IMG/VR virus record: IMGVR_UViG_3300045988_068423
Coordinates: 1-39,123 of that record
Reading direction: 5' to 3' (one strand)
Origin: a virus
DNA: 39,123 nt
Below the pieces are notes generated by a model. That model was given only the letters and a program-made list of their open reading frames with translations, was not told the origin of the DNA and did not search any database. Shown in pieces: positions 24,306 to 31,077 of this stretch. Every line of letters begins with the position of its first letter. Within the stretch, counting starts at the first letter, position 1. Both the position numbers and the translations under genes were made by a program.

Positions 24306-24558
24306 TGCGGATGCGCTGATTGCCGACAGTTGCAGAGATTGTCCGGAGGAGCTCAGGAAGCGTTGCAAGACCGAACCGGCTTGTGCGGACACGAAATTTC
24401 TTTTTGAAATTCCCACCGTGGACGCTGTGCCGGTGGTACGGTGTAAGGAGTGTAAGTGGGCAGGCGGCGATTTTGTGTGCTACCGGGGTGTGATGGTACA
24501 GCACAAGCCGGAGGACTTCTGCTCCTACGGCAAACGGAAGGAAGGCGCGGAATGTTAA
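24292..24558 (+). CDS. Cys-rich hypothetical protein
   Basis: MRLIDADALI... N-terminus, which is common in phage small proteins. Several CxxC pairs. Confidence 0.55.
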   Translation: MRLIDADALIADSCRDCPEELRKRCKTEPACADTKFLFEIPTVDAVPVVRCKECKWAGGDFVCYRGVMVQHKPEDFCSYGKRKEGAEC

Positions 24559-24659
24559 TTTGCACTTGCCCTAACGAACTGGAATGCCCCGCATTATTAT
24601 CAGATGTGGTGTGTTTTCCGTGGTGCGAATATCTGAAGGACGGTGACGGCGATGAATGA
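24552..24659 (+). CDS. Small Cys-rich peptide (35 aa)
   Basis: The ATG overlaps the previous stop. MLICTCPNELECP... Confidence 0.35.
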   Translation: MLICTCPNELECPALLSDVVCFPWCEYLKDGDGDE

Positions 24660-24816
24660 TGAATGCAAGTGGATGCAAGACGAGGTTTGCGTAAACGCAG
24701 ATTGCCCAGCGTGTGCGGATTATTGCCCAGTGGCAAATACACCGGGCGTATGCAAATACGAGGAAAGGGGTAATATCGATGCTCAAAAGGGCAAACGGCA
24801 GGCCGGTTCCAAATAA
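24652..24816 (+). CDS. Small Cys-rich protein (54 aa)
   Basis: Contains NADCPACADYCPVANTPGVC, a ferredoxin-like CxxCxxxCP spacing. Confidence 0.4.
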   Translation: MNDECKWMQDEVCVNADCPACADYCPVANTPGVCKYEERGNIDAQKGKRQAGSK

Positions 24817-25072
24817 TCCGGCTAAGGCATACGAGCTGGGCCGCCTGGATGGCACCAAACAATGCATGGACAATGTTTCCTGCGTACTGCTGGACAAGTG
24901 CGGATTCCATGTGCGGGAGGAAACGGCGGACGAGCACGACACCCGTAGCCTGGAATACTTACAGCAGTGCCTTGTGGAGCTGGTGGAGGCCAAAAACAAC
25001 GGCTATGTAAAGATGGCGGACATAGAAAAGGCCCTGCGTGGCGAATATAAGATGGTGAACAGTGCGGAGTAA
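24779..25072 (+). CDS. Hypothetical protein
   Basis: 97 aa. Start taken at the RBS-preceded ATG 24779. Confidence 0.55.
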   Translation: MLKRANGRPVPNNPAKAYELGRLDGTKQCMDNVSCVLLDKCGFHVREETADEHDTRSLEYLQQCLVELVEAKNNGYVKMADIEKALRGEYKMVNSAE

Positions 25073-25082
25073 AGGAGGGAAA

Positions 25083-25547
25083 ATGAGCAAAAAGGCGACG
25101 CTGCCTTATGATGTGCGGTTGGAGTGCATTGCTTATGTGCGCGGATATCCGCGCCGAGTGCGGGCGTATCGCGAGGCCCGGGCGGAGATCCTGGGAGGGA
25201 CGCATAGCGCTACGGAGGGAATGCCAAGAGGACAAGGCGCCGGCAGACCCGCCGAGAGCAAGGCGGAGCAGCTTGCAGCCATAGAGAACTGGCCGGAAAC
25301 CAAGAAAATGCGGGCTGTGGAATATGCCATAGACCGCTGCGGGCTGGATTTGGAGAGCGAGAGCGTCCGCAAGCAGCTTACACAGGGGATCATGCGCAAC
25401 TGTCAGGGCAAGCACAAGTATTCCCGAAGCAGGATTATCGTGCCGGGGATCAGCGAAGCGACATTCCGACGGAGGAAAGAGATATTCCTGTTCGATATCG
25501 CTACATATTGTGGTTTCGATAGGAAAGATGAGCCAAATTCCACTTAA
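25083..25547 (+). CDS. Putative late-gene transcriptional regulator (RinA/ArpU-like by position)
   Basis: AAAGGAGGG RBS. It is the last protein gene before the packaging module. The assignment is by position only. Confidence 0.4.
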   Translation: MSKKATLPYDVRLECIAYVRGYPRRVRAYREARAEILGGTHSATEGMPRGQGAGRPAESKAEQLAAIENWPETKKMRAVEYAIDRCGLDLESESVRKQLTQGIMRNCQGKHKYSRSRIIVPGISEATFRRRKEIFLFDIATYCGFDRKDEPNST

Positions 25548-25559
25548 TGATGTGCTACA

Positions 25560-26270
25560 ATAGGTACAGTGGATGATAGGACATGGTCATTCACGCGATT
25601 TCCCAATCATCACTTTTCCTCCCTTCTATGCGCCGCCGGTATTGGGCGCACCGCGCAAGCGGACTCGGAAACGGGCGTACCGGCACAAACAGCCTGTAGG
25701 GAAACCTATGGGCTGTTGTTATATGCAGGCGTAGCTCAGTCGGTAGAGCATTTGGTCGCTGGTTCGAGTCCAGCCGCTTGCACAAGAGGCCGGGTAGCGC
25801 CCGGACACTGTGAGACCGTTCGTCGTGGCTCACATGGAAATGACAATGGTCGCTGAAAACTGCACGGTGGGCGCTTGGAAGTCTCTTTTGGAGAGAATGG
25901 GGCGCAGCGTAATGGTGGCGATGGAGCCAACCCGTTGTGTGACAATCTAAGCGGCAAGACGGCCAATATGCGGCATAGGTGCCCCGTAAGGGGAGACCAC
26001 AGCGAGTGACGGGGACTTTCCTCGAAGCGCTAAAGCAGGGCAGGACTGCAATGCCGCACCAAAAGCGGAGAGCCGCTGCCGTGGGCAAATGGCATAGCGC
26101 CTGCCCGGAAGTGCGGCTATACCGCTCAGAAGTGAGCTGTGGAAAAGACATTGCCACCTGCTGGCAAACTGTGTAACCCATGTTTGAGAGCTTCCAGAAG
26201 GCCGCATGGGAGGGGAAAGACTGTTACTGTAGCCAAGGGGTGGGGGCTGGTGACAAACAAGGGAGGAAAA
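25560..26270 (+). ncRNA. Candidate large structured ncRNA (ROOL/GOLLD-like class suspected, unverified)
   Basis: About 720 nt with no RBS-preceded ORF. Dense nested helices with GNRA loops on the plus strand, plus long-range pairings. Helix coordinates are listed in the findings. Confidence 0.55.
25725..25782 (+). ncRNA. tRNA-like element lacking the anticodon arm
   Basis: GCAGGCG-TA-GCTCAGTCGGTAGAGC-A-TT-TGGTC-GCTGGTTCGAGTCCAGC-CGCTTGC-A. Acceptor stem, D arm and T arm are intact, but 2 nt replace the 17-nt anticodon arm. No encoded CCA. Confidence 0.7.
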
Positions 26271-26275
26271 CGGCT

Positions 26276-26776
26276 ATGGAAATCATAAAACCCGGCAAAG
26301 TCAGGAGAGTAAAGCTGGAATGCCCGGAATGCGGGTGTGAATTCGCCTGTTCTCCGGTAGAAATGGTACGCAGATACGGAACTGTGTTTGCTAAGTGTCC
26401 ACAGGAGGGATGTGGCAGAAGCGTGGAAGTGCCAAACGGAATCCCCGAGTACATCGAGCCTGCAAACCATACTGCCATTGGAACGATCACTGTGGTGCTG
26501 TCAGGGGCAACCGTTACAGAAGATCCTGTAGGCGATGAGCGGTATATCACAAGGGTGACGAATGTATCGAAGGGAGTTGCAGAGCATATCATAGCACTGG
26601 GCGCAGATACCAGCATCTCCCTGATGATTGATGGCAAATACCCGGAGCGATTCTACATGGCAAATACCGGGATGCTTATCGCCTACAAGGCCCACGATGG
26701 GAAACTCTACACGAATAGGAGTGACACATGTAATGGCTACAAAGAAACCTACCGCCATCGCAAAAGCAAAGGATAA
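26276..26776 (+). CDS. Hypothetical protein with N-terminal zinc ribbon
   Basis: GGGAGG RBS. Contains CPECGC...CPQEGCG. Confidence 0.6.
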   Translation: MEIIKPGKVRRVKLECPECGCEFACSPVEMVRRYGTVFAKCPQEGCGRSVEVPNGIPEYIEPANHTAIGTITVVLSGATVTEDPVGDERYITRVTNVSKGVAEHIIALGADTSISLMIDGKYPERFYMANTGMLIAYKAHDGKLYTNRSDTCNGYKETYRHRKSKG

Positions 26777-27302
26777 CCGACCGGCGACTGGCAGAGGCGG
26801 CAAAGGAAACTTCCCTTCCTGTCTTCCTGACCTTAGCAGCGATAAAGATAGAGCCCTTGTATCTCGCCTCCTTACAGAAGCCCTTGTAGAATACAGACAG
26901 CCAAAGGTAAAGAGTGACGAAGAACTGACGGAGAGAATAAACGACTATTTTGCCCGGTGCGCTGAGACAGGACAGACCCCAACAGTAGAGGAACTATACA
27001 TGTCAACAGGCTACGCAATTAGCACGGTTAAGGACTGGCTATCCGGAAGACGCAAGGGATTTAGCCCCGAAACAGCGTCCATTATAAAAAAAGCCAAGGG
27101 GTTTATGCAGACTTTTGACGCAAAACTTGTGGTTTCTGGGAAGCTGGAATTCCTTGCCTATTGCTTCCGTGCCAAGAACTATTACGGCATGGTGGACAAG
27201 CAGGAGATGGTTTTGACGCCGAACCAGCCGCAGATTGAGGGCTTGACTCCCGAACAGCTCCAGCAGAAGTACATAGAAGCCAGCGACTTTGATGCAAAAT
27301 GA
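26733..27302 (+). CDS. terS: Terminase small subunit
   Basis: ERINDYFARCAETGQTPTVEELYMSTGY...FRAKNYYGMVDKQE fits the gp3-type small terminase pattern. AGGAGTGA RBS. Confidence 0.7.
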   Translation: MATKKPTAIAKAKDNRPATGRGGKGNFPSCLPDLSSDKDRALVSRLLTEALVEYRQPKVKSDEELTERINDYFARCAETGQTPTVEELYMSTGYAISTVKDWLSGRRKGFSPETASIIKKAKGFMQTFDAKLVVSGKLEFLAYCFRAKNYYGMVDKQEMVLTPNQPQIEGLTPEQLQQKYIEASDFDAK

Positions 27303-27314
27303 GCCGAAAGCGAG

Positions 27315-27523
27315 CGACTTTTGCACGACTTTCCGTTAATTCCGGGAAAGTAGGCAAGAAAAATCCCGCCTTTATACACGGAATTTTGTAAACGACTATG
27401 ATTTTGGGGTAAATGAGCGATTTTGGCGCAGGCACTTGCGACTTTCACAGCGACTTTGCCAGCGACTTTCGCACGGAGGGGAACGACTTTGCCAGCGACT
27501 TTCGCGACTTTCCCGGAGACTTT
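27315..27523 (+). repeat. Iteron array: at least 9 direct copies of CGACTTT (AGCGACTTTSSC), mostly in 12-nt register
   Basis: Exact copies start at 27315, 27326, 27439, 27451, 27463, 27484, 27496 and 27505. Variants start at 27393, 27418 and 27517. Confidence 0.85.
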
Positions 27524-27820
27524 GGCGGAGCGCCACGCGCGGCGAAGCAGCCACCGGAGACCCCCGAGACTGCACCGCCGGAGCAGGGGGCAGCCGCCGA
27601 CAAAGCCACAGGTGAACGAGAACGGCGGCAAGCTGGCAGCGCAAGCGGCGAGCCACGGAGCAGGGGACAACGACACGCCACAAGGCCATAAACAACGGCC
27701 ACAGGGCAAGCAGGGCGGCGGAGGTATAGGGATAGCCCCAAACATTAAAACGCCTCACATATGCATTAAAATGGCAAATAGGGCATACAGCAGAAAAGCC
27801 CCCGGAATACACCAGGAGCA

Positions 27821-27854
27821 AAGGAAAACCCCGCACAGCGTGAGCCATGCGGGG
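27821..27854 (-). terminator. Rho-independent terminator of the leftward island operon
   Basis: CCCCGCA / TGCGGGG stem. On the minus strand it is followed by TTTTCCTTT. Confidence 0.7.
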
Positions 27855-27888
27855 CGGTGTCAATATTCAATGCACTTAAAACCAGTTA

Positions 27889-28101
27889 TCACAATAAGTA
27901 CGGGATCCCGTTGATGATACGGGCGTATTCGTACCCGTTGATACATCCCGATATTTTCCGGTCTTTGGAGATCCACAAGATCAAATCAGGGTCATGGACG
28001 GCATTTATCCAGTATTCCGCGCCACGGTGCATGATGTGTGTTCCGCTGTATCTCATGGGATCGATGTTATCAACAATATACTTGGCTGTAATGCGCTTCA
28101 T
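27889..28101 (-). CDS. Hypothetical protein (island operon)
   Basis: AAGGAGGAAAACGAT RBS. 70 aa. Confidence 0.6.
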   Translation of the reverse strand: MKRITAKYIVDNIDPMRYSGTHIMHRGAEYWINAVHDPDLILWISKDRKISGCINGYEYARIINGIPYLL

Positions 28102-28250
28102 ATCGTTTTCCTCCTTATGCGCTAATATTAAGGTTATTTTTGGAGCTTTGCAAGGTCAAGCAGCAGTAGAATGGGCTGCAGCAGGATATACAGCAAGATC
28201 AAGGGCGGCACCTCCTTACATGGCAATTGTAGCACATACGCCGGAGCAGG

Positions 28251-28517
28251 TCAAGCGAAAGTAAACCGCCGGGCGGTTGTCGTCTTGGTGTAGCGGGCTG
28301 CAATCTCCGGGAGATCCTTTTTTAGTCTGGTTGTGTCTACCCTGGAGGATGTAACCGCCTTATATGTGGCCTTGTGTTCTGACCCCGCCAGGGATTCCAC
28401 CCCGGCGGCGGTCATGCGCTCTTTTAGCTGGTCCTTGAGGCTTTCCACCATTGCGGAGGCTTCCTCCTGCATCCGGATATACTCCGCAAGCTCTTTCATA
28501 ATGCTGTCAATGTTCAT
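28251..28517 (-). CDS. Hypothetical protein (island operon)
   Basis: 88 aa, helical N-terminus. The start lies 5 nt after the upstream stop. Confidence 0.6.
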   Translation of the reverse strand: MNIDSIMKELAEYIRMQEEASAMVESLKDQLKERMTAAGVESLAGSEHKATYKAVTSSRVDTTRLKKDLPEIAARYTKTTTARRFTFA

Positions 28518-28522
28518 TGTGT

Positions 28523-28765
28523 TTACACCCCCATTTCAAAACGGGCACCGAAAAACCAATAGGTTTTATTTTTCGATACTTCCACGGCGTCCACGCAATC
28601 CGCCGGGCTGCACCCGAAAACATGACTCTTTACAACCTTTTCCCATTCCTTGACGGTATATAATTCTCTTGCTATGAGAATATCCCCACAATTAACATAT
28701 TTCCCCCGCTTGATAACGCATAACCGCTTATTATCATATTGCGGTTTTACCCGGTAATATTTCAT
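28523..28765 (-). CDS. Hypothetical protein (island operon)
   Basis: 80 aa, MKYYRVKPQYDN...TYWFFGARF. The pattern recalls widespread phage/ICE small proteins; this was not verified. Confidence 0.6.
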   Translation of the reverse strand: MKYYRVKPQYDNKRLCVIKRGKYVNCGDILIARELYTVKEWEKVVKSHVFGCSPADCVDAVEVSKNKTYWFFGARFEMGV

Positions 28766-28777
28766 AATTAAACCCCC

Positions 28778-29002
28778 TTAAAACAAGATAAACAGATTTG
28801 AACAACGCCCGATAATGGCATATAATGCGCCGGTTTCCGTGTCCTGCACAAGTCCGCCGTTAATACCATAAACCCCGGAAGAATAGCCCACCTTTTCAAG
28901 CCTGCGCAGCGTGTAAATATATTCGCTCGGCTTATTGGTATAATCCTCAGCCACCCCGAGCCGCACAAGCTCCCGCAGCTCTTTCAATTTATACTTCCTC
29001 AT
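28778..29002 (-). CDS. Hypothetical protein (island operon)
   Basis: ATGA overlap with the upstream gene. 74 aa, MRKYKLKELRELV...GVYGINGGL. Confidence 0.6.
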   Translation of the reverse strand: MRKYKLKELRELVRLGVAEDYTNKPSEYIYTLRRLEKVGYSSGVYGINGGLVQDTETGALYAIIGRCSNLFILF

Positions 29003-29418
29003 TGCTGCACCTCCTGCCGGGCGGCCCGGATAGCTCCATACATCCGGCGGAAAGCCTGATGCAGTGCCCTGGCTTGCACGTCGAGCCATTCTTCCCGGCT
29101 GTTCGGCCTGCGGTCGCCGTTGCGGGTCTTTTTGAGCTCGGACGGGGTGCAGAGCGCGGCGGCTATGTCTCCATCATACACAAGGGCCGAGCCGCCCCAG
29201 CTGTATTTACTCCAGTCCCGTGCGCCGTTCAGCGCTGCGGCCTCGGCGGTAGTCCATGTTGCGAGATCGTCGGCGGAGATATAACCGTCTTTGTAGTAGT
29301 CCGCGATCTGCTGCAGCATATCCACGGCATAGGCTGTAACGCCACGGCTCCACGCGCTGCGGTCATTGCGCTGCTCCAGTGTCTTCTTTACCTCTGCAAG
29401 TACTGTTGTATAATCCAT
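28999..29418 (-). CDS. Hypothetical protein (first gene of the island operon)
   Basis: GGGAGG RBS. 139 aa. ...NGARDWSKYSWGGSALVYDGDIAAALCTPSE...WLDVQARAL recalls proteins from the leading regions of Firmicutes conjugative elements; this was not verified. Confidence 0.65.
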   Translation of the reverse strand: MDYTTVLAEVKKTLEQRNDRSAWSRGVTAYAVDMLQQIADYYKDGYISADDLATWTTAEAAALNGARDWSKYSWGGSALVYDGDIAAALCTPSELKKTRNGDRRPNSREEWLDVQARALHQAFRRMYGAIRAARQEVQQ

Positions 29419-29449
29419 TGTATTACCTCCCGGCCTGTGGCCTAATCTC

Positions 29450-29478
29450 TTGCCAACGGCTGCCGGATGTGGTATACT
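29450..29478 (+). promoter_or_regulatory. Sigma-70/A-type promoter (rightward) with extended -10
   Basis: TTGCCA, a 17-nt spacer, then TGG-TATACT. Confidence 0.55.
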
Positions 29479-29564
29479 CTCCGTGCTGGCCTGTTGGCTG
29501 GTGTGGGGGCGTTCCCGGGTTGCTTCGGTAGGCTGCCGGGCGCGCCCTCGTCTTGTATGTGTCT

Positions 29565-29593
29565 ATTGTAATGCCCATTAGGGTATTTGTCAA
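29565..29593 (-). promoter_or_regulatory. Near-consensus promoter of the leftward island operon
   Basis: Minus strand reads TTGACA, a 17-nt spacer, then TACAAT. The spacer contains the ATGCCC-ATTA-GGGTAT dyad. Confidence 0.7.
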
Positions 29594-29676
29594 TAGTTAT
29601 GGGCAATATAATGCCCGTATAATATATGCAATAATTTGTGCGGGTATTTGTATAATATGCCCACTGTGGTATACCC
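29571..29676. promoter_or_regulatory. Cluster of seven GGGYAT/ATRCCC half-sites (operator or res-like site)
   Basis: ATGCCC at 29571, GGGTAT at 29581, GGGCAA at 29601, ATGCCC at 29611, GGGTAT at 29642, ATGCCC at 29657, ATACCC at 29671. They form three dyads plus one lone half-site. Confidence 0.6.
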
Positions 29677-29861
29677 TAACGGCACACACGGCGGGCGGCA
29701 GTCCAGGGCGTTCCCTGGCGGTGCTGGCCGGGGGCGGGGGATATGCGGCGGCAGCCGGGGGCGGGGTAACCCCCAAAAATTCCGCAAAAAATAAAAAGCC
29801 GTTTTACCCCATGTTGTAAAATCCGGCAAAAACAAAAAGGCTATTTTGGGCATAAAACATA

Positions 29862-29890
29862 TTGACACAAATTATGCCGTGTGCTACACT
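29862..29890 (+). promoter_or_regulatory. Promoter of the serine recombinase gene
   Basis: TTGACA, a 17-nt spacer, then TACACT, about 30 nt upstream of the RBS. Confidence 0.7.
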
Positions 29891-29919
29891 ACCCTTACAA
29901 GATGAAGGGAGCAATGCAC

Positions 29920-30507
29920 ATGAAAGTCGGATATATTCGGGTGTCCACAGAGGAGCAGAACACGATCCGCCAAGAGGTACTGATGAAAGACCTTGGTGTG
30001 GAGCGTGTCTACATGGACAAAGCGAGTGGCAAGAGCCGCACAGGCAGGCCGCAGCTGGAAGCGATGATGGATTTCGTCCGAGAGGGCGATGTGGTCATTG
30101 TTGAAAGCATCAGCCGTTTTGCGAGAAGCACAAGGGACTTGTTGACGCTGGTAGAGCAGCTCACAGAAAAAGGTGTGGGCTTTGTATCGCAGAAGGAATC
30201 CATTGACACGAATACGCCGCAGGGCAAGTTCATGCTCACGGTGTTTGGTGCAATGGCAGAGCTGGAACGTGAGCAGACCTTACAGCGGCAGAGAGAGGGC
30301 ATAGCGGCTGCAAAAGCGGCTGGAAAGTACAAGGGTCGGCAACCAATAGCACTTAATGAAGAGCTGGTTAAATCGGTGCATGAGCAATGGTACAAAAACG
30401 AGATAACCACATCATATGCAATTAAGCAGCTTGGAGTGAGCCGCAATACCTTTTACCGCCGGATGTGGGACTACGAGGATTCTGCAGGAATCCCGAGACG
30501 GCGCTGA
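29920..30507 (+). CDS. Small serine recombinase (resolvase/invertase family)
   Basis: MKVGYIRVSTEEQ (catalytic Ser), ...VVIVESISRFARS..., and a C-terminal HTH (YAIKQLGVSRNTFYRR). Confidence 0.9.
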   Translation: MKVGYIRVSTEEQNTIRQEVLMKDLGVERVYMDKASGKSRTGRPQLEAMMDFVREGDVVIVESISRFARSTRDLLTLVEQLTEKGVGFVSQKESIDTNTPQGKFMLTVFGAMAELEREQTLQRQREGIAAAKAAGKYKGRQPIALNEELVKSVHEQWYKNEITTSYAIKQLGVSRNTFYRRMWDYEDSAGIPRRR

Positions 30508-30529
30508 TGAATAGAGGGAGGAAAGAGAA

Positions 30530-30913
30530 ATGAAAAGATTGGCTTGTTTTGTATTGTGCCTTGCGCTGGTTCTTTCTGTGACGGCGTGTGGGAAGCAGTA
30601 TAGTGAGTTTTACCGAAATAGCCCGGATGCCGCCTCTTTGATGGAGGACGCAATCGAACTTTTGGATATGTGCATAAACAAGGAGATAACCGCCGAGGAG
30701 TGTGCAGAGCAGTTGCAAACAATGGGAGAGCTTAACCGAGGCGGAGATGATATAAACATAAGCTCCACGGCACTCAGAATATCTATTGCGGGGCATCAAA
30801 TTGACGGCGTTTTGCTTGGCGTGAGAATTGGGTATAAAACAATGATCGATGTCAAAAACGCCGTGAAGGAGCAGCGAGAATCTTTATACAACAGTCTGCA
30901 TGGGAAAGAATAA
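30530..30913 (+). CDS. Lipoprotein
   Basis: GGAGGAAAGAG RBS. Signal peptide with lipobox LSVTAC. Lower GC than the genome. Confidence 0.75.
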   Translation: MKRLACFVLCLALVLSVTACGKQYSEFYRNSPDAASLMEDAIELLDMCINKEITAEECAEQLQTMGELNRGGDDINISSTALRISIAGHQIDGVLLGVRIGYKTMIDVKNAVKEQRESLYNSLHGKE

Positions 30914-30972
30914 CAAGCCAACAGGGATGTTTGCGAATGTTGGGGCGGAGTGAATAAAAAGGAGGCGCGATT

Positions 30973-31077
30973 ATGGATAAAAAGGTTTTGGCAATTTTAG
31001 TTGGTGCTATTTTGATTATTGTTGGCGTAGTTTTTGCGTTTCAAGGCGGCGGGGCGTTGGGATACTACGCCGGATAA
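30973..31077 (+). CDS. Small membrane peptide (34 aa)
   Basis: AAAGGAGG RBS. MDKKVLAILVGAILIIVGVVFAFQGGGALGYYAG. AT-rich codons. Confidence 0.5.
   Translation: MDKKVLAILVGAILIIVGVVFAFQGGGALGYYAG

Noticed and set aside
25569-25856. 95-aa ORF in the ORF-free block
   Set aside because: It reads straight through the tRNA-like element (the VAQSVEHLVAGSSP signature of translated tRNA sequence) and has no RBS. The region is better explained as structured RNA.
27393-27410. Possible direct repeat with 31111-31128 (GACTAYSGATTTT) as island att-like ends
   Set aside because: Only about 12 of 17 positions match, and one copy is simply a degenerate member of the iteron family. This is too weak to define boundaries.
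27315-27523. Whether the direct-repeat array could be a CRISPR array
   Set aside because: The units are 7-12 nt and contiguous. There are no 25-40-nt spacers, and no leader or cas genes.
27413-27691. 92-aa ORF encoding SDF/DF repeats, plus four other overlapping ORFs in this stretch
   Set aside because: The repeats are better explained as DNA iterons (CGACTTT). The downstream part is stop-free in all frames only because the tract lacks T. There is no convincing RBS.
28549-28575. hix/gix-like palindrome CGAAAAACC-AATA-GGTTTTATTTTTCG, a candidate invertase crossover site
   Set aside because: The half-site spacing differs from Hin-family sites (4 nt instead of 2 nt centrally). It lies inside a coding sequence, and I found no second inverted copy to delimit an invertible segment.
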